DNA of 63,985 bases, the filler included, from an uncultured archaeon (GTDB lineage: Archaea; Nanobdellota; Nanobdellia; Woesearchaeales; CAIVOO01): assembly GCA_903842985.1 (NCBI GenBank). It is 6 parts of 6 records of this genome, joined end to end, with 100 filler letters (N's around TTAATTAATTAA, not from the genome) between each part and the next. Parts side by side here need not be neighbours in the genome. Positions count along the whole stretch, not along the records: positions 1 to 22,324 come from CAIMOB010000023.1; 5 more parts are not named here. One strand, given 5' to 3'. Positions 1 through 8,304 of the stretch are shown in pieces. Each line of letters opens with the position of its first letter. Position 1 is the stretch's first letter. Under the pieces are notes generated by a model, which did no database searches, was not told the DNA's origin, and was given only the letters and a program-made list of their open reading frames with translations. The position numbers and the translations under genes were made by a program.

Positions 1-1
1 C

Positions 2-1021
2 ATAATCTATCGCGAAAGATTTCTAACTTACAAGCCGCTGATGAAGATTAACGACAAGCCAATGGTGCAGTACCCTATCGATGCATTCAACTCTTACAAA
101 CGGACTTCTGGAGAAGTTTATGTGGTGGGGCCTGAAGAGATTGGGCGAAAAGTAACTGGCTACAAAAAGCTGATTAAACAGGGAAACTCGCTTAGCGAGA
201 CAGCGTGCCTTGGCTTGGATGCAATAATTTCAGACCACAGGGATGAAGAACTTGAAGTAATTGTTTCAACATGCGACATTGTAAGGCTTACGCCAGGCGC
301 AATAAATCATTTTGAAGAATCCTGCAAAAAAATTGATGATTACACAATGATTCTGCCTTTTATTGACAAGAAATACATTAAAACAGGCGGAATTTTTGGC
401 TGGCGCCCGGGCCTTCGCTGCGAAGAAGGAAGGTTCAGGATTGCAAATGTGTCAAAATTGCGCATTAACAGAGATTTTGCAGAGATTATCAGAAAGGGTG
501 CAGCTCATTTAAGAAATGAAGGGCCTGCTGATGAAACAATGTCAAGGATAATGGAAGAAGCAGATAATATTTACCTTACAAGAAGATGGCTTAACCCAAT
601 GAATTGGTATTATCTGATAAAGTATTTCAAAGAAGATGGAAATTCCTTGGCTTTAAAATGGTGGAACAATACGCTTAGCATAACTGACCTTGAAAAAGCA
701 GGAAATCAGAATGTAAGCAAATTTGCATCAAACATTGACGCAAAAGTAAGAATAGCAACGGTAGAAAAGCCCGAATTAGCTGAAGACATTGATGCATTGG
801 CAGACTGGAGGGCGTTGAGAAAGCCGAAGTTACGGGATTATTTGAGGACTGTTGGAGAATCCACATTAATGGGCGCTTCAGGCTATGCAGCAATTTCGAA
901 TTATGACAATCTTAAGTTGTTTTTGCCTTCGCTCGCCATTTTTCTTTTGCTTGGAGAGCAGGCAAAGAAAGACACATCAATGCTCTACAGGGCAGGCAAG
1001 CTCAGTAATCCTTCAGATTAG
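2..1021 (+). CDS. Nucleotidyltransferase-like (MobA/NTP-transferase fold) protein, 5'-truncated, with C-terminal hydrophobic segment
   Basis: Frame is open from base 2. YKPLMKINDKPMVQYPIDAF resembles the K-L--I-GKPM--Y motif; also STCD and late DID motifs. Confidence 0.55.
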   Translation: MIYRERFLTYKPLMKINDKPMVQYPIDAFNSYKRTSGEVYVVGPEEIGRKVTGYKKLIKQGNSLSETACLGLDAIISDHRDEELEVIVSTCDIVRLTPGAINHFEESCKKIDDYTMILPFIDKKYIKTGGIFGWRPGLRCEEGRFRIANVSKLRINRDFAEIIRKGAAHLRNEGPADETMSRIMEEADNIYLTRRWLNPMNWYYLIKYFKEDGNSLALKWWNNTLSITDLEKAGNQNVSKFASNIDAKVRIATVEKPELAEDIDALADWRALRKPKLRDYLRTVGESTLMGASGYAAISNYDNLKLFLPSLAIFLLLGEQAKKDTSMLYRAGKLSNPSD

Positions 1022-2519
1022 ATTCAATCTTCTGCCCAACCTGCTCTTTGACATTCATTGCTGTTTTCTTGCCAATAAGCTGGGCTAATGTCAGAAGATC
1101 TGCTTTTTTAACATCCCCGATGTCTTTTATCTTTGAATTGAACATCTTCCTTGCCCTGACTCTTCCGATTCCCTTCAGCTTCAGAAGCGCAATCAGCTCT
1201 TCCTTGACGCCATGCTCAATCCTTATCCTCATCTTTATTATTTCGCTAACAAGCCTGTGGAATTTCATCAGCCCTGCAAGAACCTCTGCAGAATAAAGAA
1301 GCCAGTCAGCGCTGTCAAGCTTAGCCCTTGTTTCGCCGGGCCTTATGCCATACTTCTCAAGCAGATGCTCCTCGTCGCTTTCATTTACCCAGTCCTCAAA
1401 GAACATGGCTGTTTTGACTGAGTTGACAAAATCATAATAATCCGGCTGGAATTCAGGCGGCTCCTCGACGAGAAGCTTCGCCCTCAGCAGCTTCTCCTGC
1501 ACCAGTTCATAGTCTGCGTTTTTCACCTTGAGCAGCGGCCTTATCTCAAGCTGGTTTGTAATCAGCTGCAACAATGCAAAATCATTAAGCCCAATGTTTA
1601 TTGCCCTTGCCATGCCTAAAATAAGGTTGTTGGCAGTCAGCGGGTCTATGTAAAGTTCTGCAACCCTTTTGCCAACCAATGTCGCTTCTATCCTTTCACT
1701 GTCAATCTCGTCAGCAGAGGCAAATTCCTCGTTTTTCATCTTGATGAAGTTGAATTCAAGCAGGAGATTCAGCATCTTTATTATTATTTTATGCAGTTTT
1801 TTCATGTCGCCGAACTGGAATGCCCAGAATGTCTTTTCAAAGAAGCTGAATATCTCTTTTTTTGTGTTCACGAAATCTGTTGCAATCAGCGAAAGCAGGT
1901 ATGTCCTCAGTACAGGCTCCACTGCAAGCTTCGAGTAAATCTCCTCTGGCTCGCCGCACACATATCTGTCATAAATTGCCTTTTTCTCGCCTTTTGTCGA
2001 TGCAATGCAGATTGCCTCGCCGTAATTGTCAAAGCTCGGCCTGCCTGCCCTTCCGCTCATCTGCATGTACTCAAGCACAGGAATCCAGGATGCGCCGAAT
2101 TCGCCGTCAAACCTTTTCAAGTCCTTCAGGATTGCCCTGAATGCAGGAAGGTCAACTCCCATCGCAAGCGTCGGCGTGCACGCAATGACTTTTATAAGCC
2201 CTTTCCTGAAATTCTCCTCGATCAATTCGCGCTGTTTGTGATGCAGGCCTGCATGATGAAATGCGGTTCCTTTCCTTATGCATCTTGCCAGCCTTTCGCA
2301 CTGCTTTGTGGGCTTTGCAAGCACCTCAAGAATTTTTTCAGCCAGCTCAGCCAGCTCCTTGCTTTCATCAAGTTTTTTTGCAACTTTCTCAGCAGTCGCC
2401 TCTGCGCTTCTCTTGCTTCCTACAAATATAAACGCCTGCTTTCTAATATTAATTGTATCCAATGCAATGTCTATTGCCGGCTCCTTTGTCACGATTTTAA
2501 TTTCCTGCTTTTTTGCCAT
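1002..2519 (-). CDS. hel308: Hel308/Ski2-like helicase, C-terminal portion only (RecA2, winged-helix, ratchet, HhH); RecA1 with Walker A/DExH absent
   Basis: IFVGSKR (motif IV), AFHHAGL, TPTLAMGVDLPA, QMSGRAGRP, RIEHGVKEEL, LKGIGRVRAR. Confidence 0.85.
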   Translation of the reverse strand: MAKKQEIKIVTKEPAIDIALDTINIRKQAFIFVGSKRSAEATAEKVAKKLDESKELAELAEKILEVLAKPTKQCERLARCIRKGTAFHHAGLHHKQRELIEENFRKGLIKVIACTPTLAMGVDLPAFRAILKDLKRFDGEFGASWIPVLEYMQMSGRAGRPSFDNYGEAICIASTKGEKKAIYDRYVCGEPEEIYSKLAVEPVLRTYLLSLIATDFVNTKKEIFSFFEKTFWAFQFGDMKKLHKIIIKMLNLLLEFNFIKMKNEEFASADEIDSERIEATLVGKRVAELYIDPLTANNLILGMARAINIGLNDFALLQLITNQLEIRPLLKVKNADYELVQEKLLRAKLLVEEPPEFQPDYYDFVNSVKTAMFFEDWVNESDEEHLLEKYGIRPGETRAKLDSADWLLYSAEVLAGLMKFHRLVSEIIKMRIRIEHGVKEELIALLKLKGIGRVRARKMFNSKIKDIGDVKKADLLTLAQLIGKKTAMNVKEQVGQKIESNLKDY

Positions 2520-2573
2520 TTTTAACGAGCCTCATGCGAGTTTAAAATGCCCGCAAATTGTGATTTGCGTCAT
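2517..2573. repeat. Dispersed ~55-bp double-hairpin element, copy 1, overlapping the hel308 start codon
   Basis: CATTTTTAACGAGCCTCATGCGAGTTTAAAATGCCCGCAAATTGTGATTTGCGTCAT closely matches 45565-45620. Confidence 0.8.
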
Positions 2574-2586
2574 CTTAGAACAAAAG

Positions 2587-2659
2587 CGCCTCCGGACAGA
2601 CTCGAACTGTCGACCCCGCGGTTAACAGCCGCGTGCTCTACCTGCTAAGCTACGGAGGC
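2587..2659 (-). tRNA. tRNA-Asn(GTT), intronless, CCA not encoded
   Basis: Reverse complement GCCTCCGTAGCTTAGCAGGTAGAGCACGCGGCTGTTAACCGCGGGGTCGACAGTTCGAGTCTGTCCGGAGGCG folds as a cloverleaf with anticodon loop CTGTTAA and a G1-C72 pair. Confidence 0.97.
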
Positions 2660-2754
2660 AATGAAATACCAGTTAAGCAGGGGATTTTTAAACCTTTCTA
2701 AAAACCAAAGCTTTTTATTTATAGGCTGTTTTAGTATATAATAAGGTGACTTAG

Positions 2755-3186
2755 ATGACATTTTTAGCTGATTTAATAACAAACAAAATATTCATTGCAG
2801 GCATTCTCACTTACATAATAACGCAGTTCCTGAAATTTGTGATATACTCGATAAAAGCAAAAAGAATACTGCCTGCAACATTACTTGCATTCGGCGGAAT
2901 GCCAAGCTCGCATACCTCTGTTGTCTTTGCGCTCCTGACATCAATTTACCTGACTGAAGGCGTTTCATCGCTTTTTGTTGTGATGCTTTTCATTGCCGTT
3001 GTAATTATCCAGGACATATCTGTTGGAAGAATGCATACACAGCGGAACACACAAATAATAAACAGGCTGCTTGGTTTCATAAAATTAAAGCAAAGCCCGA
3101 TAAAGGAATTCGCAGCACATACCCCGCTTGAAATATTTATTGGCGCAGTTATTGGAATTTTAGTTGCATTGGCGGTATTCCTATGA
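2755..3186 (+). CDS. Divergent PAP2 family (DUF212) membrane protein
   Basis: GGMPSSH and HTPLEI-GA--G motifs, hydrophobic helices. Confidence 0.85.
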   Translation: MTFLADLITNKIFIAGILTYIITQFLKFVIYSIKAKRILPATLLAFGGMPSSHTSVVFALLTSIYLTEGVSSLFVVMLFIAVVIIQDISVGRMHTQRNTQIINRLLGFIKLKQSPIKEFAAHTPLEIFIGAVIGILVALAVFL

Positions 3187-3731
3187 GCATCTATCTGTTA
3201 ATTGTCCAGTGCCTTTATTTCTTCCTTCCAGCTTATCTTGCAAACGCTTCCCCTGTTTTTGGGAAGCATTTTCTGAAAGAGTTTGCCTATCCGATTGATT
3301 TAGGCAAGAAATTCAGGGGGAGGCAGATGCTGGGGAGCCACAAGACATGGAGAGGGGTTATTTTTGCAATTTTTACAGGCTCAATTATCTTTTACGCCCA
3401 GCAGATTCTTTACCAGTATTCTTTTTTCCAGAAGATAAGCCTGATTGATTATTCGCAGTCAACGGTCTGGCTCGGCTTCTTCCTTGGCTTCGGCGCCATA
3501 TTCGGCGATGCTGTAAAAAGCTTCTTCAAGAGAAGGATTGGCATCAAGGCAGGCGGAAGATGGATTCCATTTGACCAGCTTGACTATGTTGTTGGCGCAT
3601 TGCTGTTCGGAGCGCTGTTTTATGTTCCGTCGTGGCAGGCAATATCAATAATTGTTGTTTTCAGCTTTTTCCTGCACATAATGGCAAATCATTTTGCATA
3701 TTATCTTGGAATCAAGAAAGTCAGGTGGTAA
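3183..3731 (+). CDS. carS: CDP-archaeol synthase
   Basis: PAYLANASPV, PIDLGK, GSHKTWRG, GAIFGD-SFFKRR, PFDQLD motifs. Confidence 0.9.
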   Translation: MSIYLLIVQCLYFFLPAYLANASPVFGKHFLKEFAYPIDLGKKFRGRQMLGSHKTWRGVIFAIFTGSIIFYAQQILYQYSFFQKISLIDYSQSTVWLGFFLGFGAIFGDAVKSFFKRRIGIKAGGRWIPFDQLDYVVGALLFGALFYVPSWQAISIIVVFSFFLHIMANHFAYYLGIKKVRW

Positions 3732-4947
3732 TCTTGAACTGCTCAAGGGCAGTTCTGTGCAATCTATTCTGTCTCAATTTAACAATTGCCCTTGTCTCTA
3801 TCTGCCTTACTCTTTCTCTTGTAATTCCAAAATGCTTTCCAACCTCTTCCAGGGTATACTCTTTGGGGTAACCAATGCCAAATCTCATTCTGACTATTTC
3901 TTCATCCCGTACCCTGGGTAATTTTTTTAGCTCTTTTTCCACTCCTTCACTCATGTCATTCTTTTCTGCCTCAAGCGCGGGATTTTCAGCTTTTTCATCT
4001 GCAATTAAATCACCCAGCTCTGTTTCGCTGTCACTAAGCATTTCCTGCAGTGAAGAAGTATTCCTTGTTTTCATTGATAAAAATATCCTATTGACCTTTT
4101 CTTCGGTAAACTCTGCCTTTTCTGATATTTCTTTGATAGTTGGCTCCTTTCCAAGGTTTCCTCTTAGTTCATCCCTAATTTTTTCTATCCTCCTTATATC
4201 ATCATACGCATGGAGCGGTATCCTAATTTCATTGCTTTCTGAAAGCGCCCTCTTAATGGCCTGATTCACCCAATATCTTGCATATGTGACGAACTTAGCT
4301 TTTCTATATCTGAATTTTTCAGCAGCTTTCATAAGCCCGATGTTTCCTTCCTGAATCCGATCCGAAAGAGACATAGTTGTTGAATAATATTTCCTGGCAA
4401 TAGATATGGCAAACCTCAGGTTATTTACAACAAGATAATTCACTGCTTCACTAAATTCTTTTTCAGCAGCTTCATATTCTGTTTCTAAAGTCAAACTTCT
4501 TTTTTCCTTCTGATTTTTAATTGCATTCAAATGCTTCAGGTTTTTTCTTGCTCTGCTTATTCTTTTTCCAGCCTCTCTCTCTTCTTTGCGTGTTAGAATT
4601 TCATGATATGCCTGCTGCATATAAAGCGAGACTGAATCCTCGCTGTCAGAATATAATTTTTCCTTCTTTTTTGGAAATTCCAGAATTTTTGCCTCTGGCA
4701 TACCTCTTATTAGGTCAATTTCATCATCAATTGAGCCACCAAGCTGCAGAATTGCCTCGTTCAGCTGCGCAATAGCCTCAATTCCATCAAATTGCTTCTG
4801 TTTTCCCAGGTAATTGCGAAGACCTCTGTCGCCGGTTACCAGTTCAGCCAAGGTGTATTCTCTGTCAGGGTCTATATCTATGATTTTTTCCTTCAGCTTC
4901 CTTATCCGTTCCTCGTTTTTGGACCCTTCTAAATCATAAGCTTCCAT
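3721..4947 (-). CDS. rpoD: Sigma-70 family RNA polymerase sigma factor (RpoD/SigA-like, regions 1.2-4)
   Basis: DSVSLYM-LTRKEE (1.2), NLRFAISIARKY, IQEGNIGLMKAAEKF, TYARYWVNQAI (2), IRIPLH and KEPT (3), TLEEVGKHFGITRERVRQIE (4.2); GGAGG 6 nt before the ATG. Confidence 0.95.
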   Translation of the reverse strand: MEAYDLEGSKNEERIRKLKEKIIDIDPDREYTLAELVTGDRGLRNYLGKQKQFDGIEAIAQLNEAILQLGGSIDDEIDLIRGMPEAKILEFPKKKEKLYSDSEDSVSLYMQQAYHEILTRKEEREAGKRISRARKNLKHLNAIKNQKEKRSLTLETEYEAAEKEFSEAVNYLVVNNLRFAISIARKYYSTTMSLSDRIQEGNIGLMKAAEKFRYRKAKFVTYARYWVNQAIKRALSESNEIRIPLHAYDDIRRIEKIRDELRGNLGKEPTIKEISEKAEFTEEKVNRIFLSMKTRNTSSLQEMLSDSETELGDLIADEKAENPALEAEKNDMSEGVEKELKKLPRVRDEEIVRMRFGIGYPKEYTLEEVGKHFGITRERVRQIETRAIVKLRQNRLHRTALEQFKITT

Positions 4948-4961
4948 CAATAGCCTCCAAT

Positions 4962-5420
4962 CTACGCGTTAAGAGAAATCAGGAACATTATTATGCTGAA
5001 TACAAGAAACCAGTTGTAGTGCTTGAATGCCCTGAACAGTATCTCTGCTCTTTTTTTCCTGATTATTTTCTCTGCGAACAGCGTTCCTTCAGGAAGCCCG
5101 TAGATAAATGCCAGCGCAGACTGGATGAAAAACGCCTCGCTGCCCACATTGCTTGACAGAAGCACGAATCCAAGAACCAAGTACTCCATTTCAAACAGGT
5201 AAAAAAATGCCAGCATGAATACATTCAGCGCAACTAGGTAAAGGTCCACGCCAAAATAAATCATCAGCGCAACCATCATAATCAGAAGAATTGTCTTGAA
5301 CCACTTGAAATAATTTCTTCCTGCCTTGAGCTCCTCAGGCGCAATGAATGCCAGCACAACACCAGCAAAAAGCCCCAGGAAAACAACGATTAAATCAAGT
5401 ATTATTGTCAGCTCATTCAT
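4962..5420 (-). CDS. Hypothetical multi-pass membrane protein
   Basis: 152-aa hydrophobic ORF; start overlaps the stop of the dph2 fragment. Confidence 0.7.
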   Translation of the reverse strand: MNELTIILDLIVVFLGLFAGVVLAFIAPEELKAGRNYFKWFKTILLIMMVALMIYFGVDLYLVALNVFMLAFFYLFEMEYLVLGFVLLSSNVGSEAFFIQSALAFIYGLPEGTLFAEKIIRKKRAEILFRAFKHYNWFLVFSIIMFLISLNA

Positions 5421-5677
5421 TTAAGCACCTGCCTTGCCCAGGGAAACTCATTGTGCCCGAACTGCATAAGCAAGTCAGCATCAATCTTGGGGGTATCGCA
5501 GGCACCGAAGCAGCTTCCAAGATAAATCATAACATTTGCGTCTGTCTTTTCCTCTATGAAATCAGCTATTTTCTTCGCTTCAGGCTTCAGCCCGTCTGCC
5601 AATTGAATGCAGACAGTCTTTGCCTTCTGCTTCCTTATTTCATTGACTGCGTTGTCAAGCTCGAGATTGTATTCCAT
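5417..5677 (-). CDS. dph2: Diphthamide synthase Dph2, N-terminal domain only
   Basis: VCIQLADGLK, SCFGACD and DLLMQFGH match the Dph2 N-terminus; the ORF ends after ~86 aa. Confidence 0.8.
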   Translation of the reverse strand: MEYNLELDNAVNEIRKQKAKTVCIQLADGLKPEAKKIADFIEEKTDANVMIYLGSCFGACDTPKIDADLLMQFGHNEFPWARQVLK

Positions 5678-5714
5678 AGTCAAGAATGAATATCAACTAT
5701 TTAAAAATCTTTCT

Positions 5715-7277
5715 TTATTTCTTAAGTTTCTTTTTCTGCTTTTTCCTGGCTTTCTTTTTCTGTTCTTTCTTAAGAATCTCTTCCTGCTTCCTCTTATTTT
5801 CTTTGAGTCTGTAATAAATATAAACAAAGATTATTGCAAGCAAAATAGCCAATATCAACAACAGCAGATAATTCCAGCTTTGGATAATTTTCGCGGCAGT
5901 CCTCCAGGTCTTTTTCACAAGCGCCTCTTCAGTCATGTTCCCGGCAATCTCCCTGAGCTCGTAGAATTTATAGCAGGATTTTGAATACTTGGCACTTTCA
6001 AAATTAACCTTAATGTCATTCAGACCATTTCCGTCAATATCTATTTTAACAGTCTCGCCTAATTTTAAAACATAAATCCTGCCATTAATCTCAATTGTGC
6101 TTGAATTTTCAGTTAAATTCACCTGCGTTGCAGAATATTTTTTGTTATTAAGATAAAATAGGAAGTTCTGGTTTGTGCCAAGGCATGTTTCTGCCAACAG
6201 CACTTCATCCAGCCCACCTAATTTTGCAATTGCGCCTGAAACATACGACGATCTTCTCTTTTCCTCTCCAATAATCTTCTTAACCTCAGCAACGCTTGTT
6301 TTTTCAATTCCTATCCCTGGGTCGCCTGGCGTGAATGTAAGGTTTATTTCATAATTTAAAGAGGCGCCAATCAGCGTCCAATTAAAATTAATGCACCTTC
6401 TTCCTGTGAAATTCCAGTTAGCACATTTGTATAATTTTATATTTTTAATATCATTGAGGGTCAGGATTATGTCTTCATAATTTGTGATTAACGGATAAAA
6501 TACAATTACGCTGCTGTAATTGCCCACAGGGGGTGCTTCATCAAAACCCATAATGTCGCCGACATGCCCCTGATTTGCTATCCAGTGAATCAGCAGCTGC
6601 TTTATATGCTGTATATCTGGCTTAATTATTATGTCATACTTATTTCCATAATCAAAAAGTAGATCGTACACTTCATCATCTACAGCGATCAGGATTCCAT
6701 TGTAATAGACACTCAAGTTTGATGGCACAGTGCCGTTAAACGGGTTTATAATCCGCCCATAAAATCTGTATGGCGAGCTGATTTCCACTGTTTTGTTTGC
6801 ATAATCCAAATAGCGGAGAATTCCTTCGCCGATTATTGTATAACTTCCGTTTGGTGCAGTCACATTGTAATAATACACAAAAGAGCCAGTTGAATTGACA
6901 CTCACGTTTATCGGAAAACTGTTTACGATGCTTCCGGAAGCATTCATTATCTTCAATAACGCCACGCTGTTGGGATAGTAATTGTTTCCAATAATTGTCA
7001 TTATTGTATTATGTGAGTAATTACTAAATTCAGTATAGATTGAAGCGTTGTTGTAGCAGACACCTGTACTGCAGTATCCTCCATAAACACAGTCAGAATT
7101 TACAAGGCAGGCGCAGGTGTTGTTCAGGCAGTAATTTGACGTGCAATGGGTGTTGTTTACGCAGTCTCCTCCATAGAACTTTAATGTACTGTTCACATAA
7201 AGCTGGCTTGAGACATAAGCATTACAGATGCAGGCCAATGCCAGGAATATTATTAATATTTCAAGTTTTCTTCTCAT
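5715..7277 (-). CDS. Membrane-anchored cell-surface protein with Cys-rich N-terminal module
   Basis: Signal peptide, 8-Cys module, many N-x-S/T sequons, C-terminal TM and Lys-rich tail. Confidence 0.75.
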   Translation of the reverse strand: MRRKLEILIIFLALACICNAYVSSQLYVNSTLKFYGGDCVNNTHCTSNYCLNNTCACLVNSDCVYGGYCSTGVCYNNASIYTEFSNYSHNTIMTIIGNNYYPNSVALLKIMNASGSIVNSFPINVSVNSTGSFVYYYNVTAPNGSYTIIGEGILRYLDYANKTVEISSPYRFYGRIINPFNGTVPSNLSVYYNGILIAVDDEVYDLLFDYGNKYDIIIKPDIQHIKQLLIHWIANQGHVGDIMGFDEAPPVGNYSSVIVFYPLITNYEDIILTLNDIKNIKLYKCANWNFTGRRCINFNWTLIGASLNYEINLTFTPGDPGIGIEKTSVAEVKKIIGEEKRRSSYVSGAIAKLGGLDEVLLAETCLGTNQNFLFYLNNKKYSATQVNLTENSSTIEINGRIYVLKLGETVKIDIDGNGLNDIKVNFESAKYSKSCYKFYELREIAGNMTEEALVKKTWRTAAKIIQSWNYLLLLILAILLAIIFVYIYYRLKENKRKQEEILKKEQKKKARKKQKKKLKK

Positions 7278-8286
7278 GCTTCTCTCTTTGTTTCTTAATC
7301 AGGCTTTTAATTCTTTCCTTGTTAAGCGCCTTGACATGGTCATTTAACTCCTCCTGCGCCTCTGTCAAGTCTTTTACATCTTTTAATTTTTTTGCTATCA
7401 GGTCGTCTATTGTCTTTGCCTTTACCTTACTGTATGCAACCATAACCCTGTTTCTTTTCAGGAGCTTTTCAAAAATCTCGTCGCATTCCTTTGTTTTGTT
7501 GATGACTATCTTGTTCGGAATTTCATTTTTGAACTGCTCCTTAAGCACGCCAATTAAATTCTCTTTTTCCTCAAAAACATCGCATGACACTATCTTCTCC
7601 TTTGTGCAGTTCAAGATCAGGTAAACGAAGAACTTTCCGGATTTGAATGCGTCTATCTCCCACAAATCCTTTGTTCGGAGCCTGAATCTCCTGAACTCGC
7701 TGCCAAGCCAGAACGCGAGCAGGACTAATATTAAAATAGCTAGATAGTTCAGCCACTTGTTATTCTCATAGAACCTGGCGAGTGCGCCATCTGCCTTTGC
7801 CAGCTTTGCTGCAATGAAACCCTTAATCCTGTTGAATAATGTTGGCTTTTCCTTTACGTTAAGCACTATTGTCGAAGCAACCTGCTGTATTACTTCAAGG
7901 TCTCCGCCCTGCCCTAATGATGACTGCGCAACAATTTCAGTTGAGTATATTCCTTCCTTTACTCCTTTAAGATTTATTGTTATATTTATTGCTTCACAGC
8001 CATTTTCAGAGGTGCACTCGCCGCTTTTCCTTGGCTTAAGCTCAAAATAAGTTGGGCTTAATTTGGTTGCGTTAATCAGGTCTTTTCCTGCGAAGACGCT
8101 GAATTTCCTGTCAAAGTTGTCAAAGTTGTAAACACGCACCTCAAAATTCAGGATGCTGCCTATTGTGGCGTTTACGGGCTTACAGTCCATGGGTATGCAG
8201 CCAGGAGAAATAGCAGGTCCTGAAATTGCAAAGGCAGAAGCAGCCAAAATCAAAATAACAAATATAAAAGAAATATTCCTTTTCAT
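7261..8286 (-). CDS. Signal peptide + DUF916/PapD-like beta domain + TM + cytoplasmic decayed integrase-like domain
   Basis: FEVRVYN, LSPTYFELKP, GIYSTEIV and EVIQQVASTIVLNV before the TM; RRFRLRTKDLWEID, IPNKIVIN and LNKER after it. Confidence 0.6.
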   Translation of the reverse strand: MKRNISFIFVILILAASAFAISGPAISPGCIPMDCKPVNATIGSILNFEVRVYNFDNFDRKFSVFAGKDLINATKLSPTYFELKPRKSGECTSENGCEAINITINLKGVKEGIYSTEIVAQSSLGQGGDLEVIQQVASTIVLNVKEKPTLFNRIKGFIAAKLAKADGALARFYENNKWLNYLAILILVLLAFWLGSEFRRFRLRTKDLWEIDAFKSGKFFVYLILNCTKEKIVSCDVFEEKENLIGVLKEQFKNEIPNKIVINKTKECDEIFEKLLKRNRVMVAYSKVKAKTIDDLIAKKLKDVKDLTEAQEELNDHVKALNKERIKSLIKKQREKHEKKT

Positions 8287-8304
8287 TAAACCCTCTCAAT
8301 GAAC

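Noticed and set aside
1791..2525. Long antisense ORFs (e.g. 244 aa opposite hel308, 194 aa at 7040-7624, 168 aa opposite gatA)
   Set aside because: Shadows of well-supported genes on the other strand, with no motifs
2587..2659. tRNA-Asn as the attachment site of an integrated element
   Set aside because: No duplicated tRNA 3' end and no tyrosine or serine integrase in the window
7310..7695. Active IS element
   Set aside because: No HTH domain, terminal repeats or complete DDE triad; in-frame with a membrane protein
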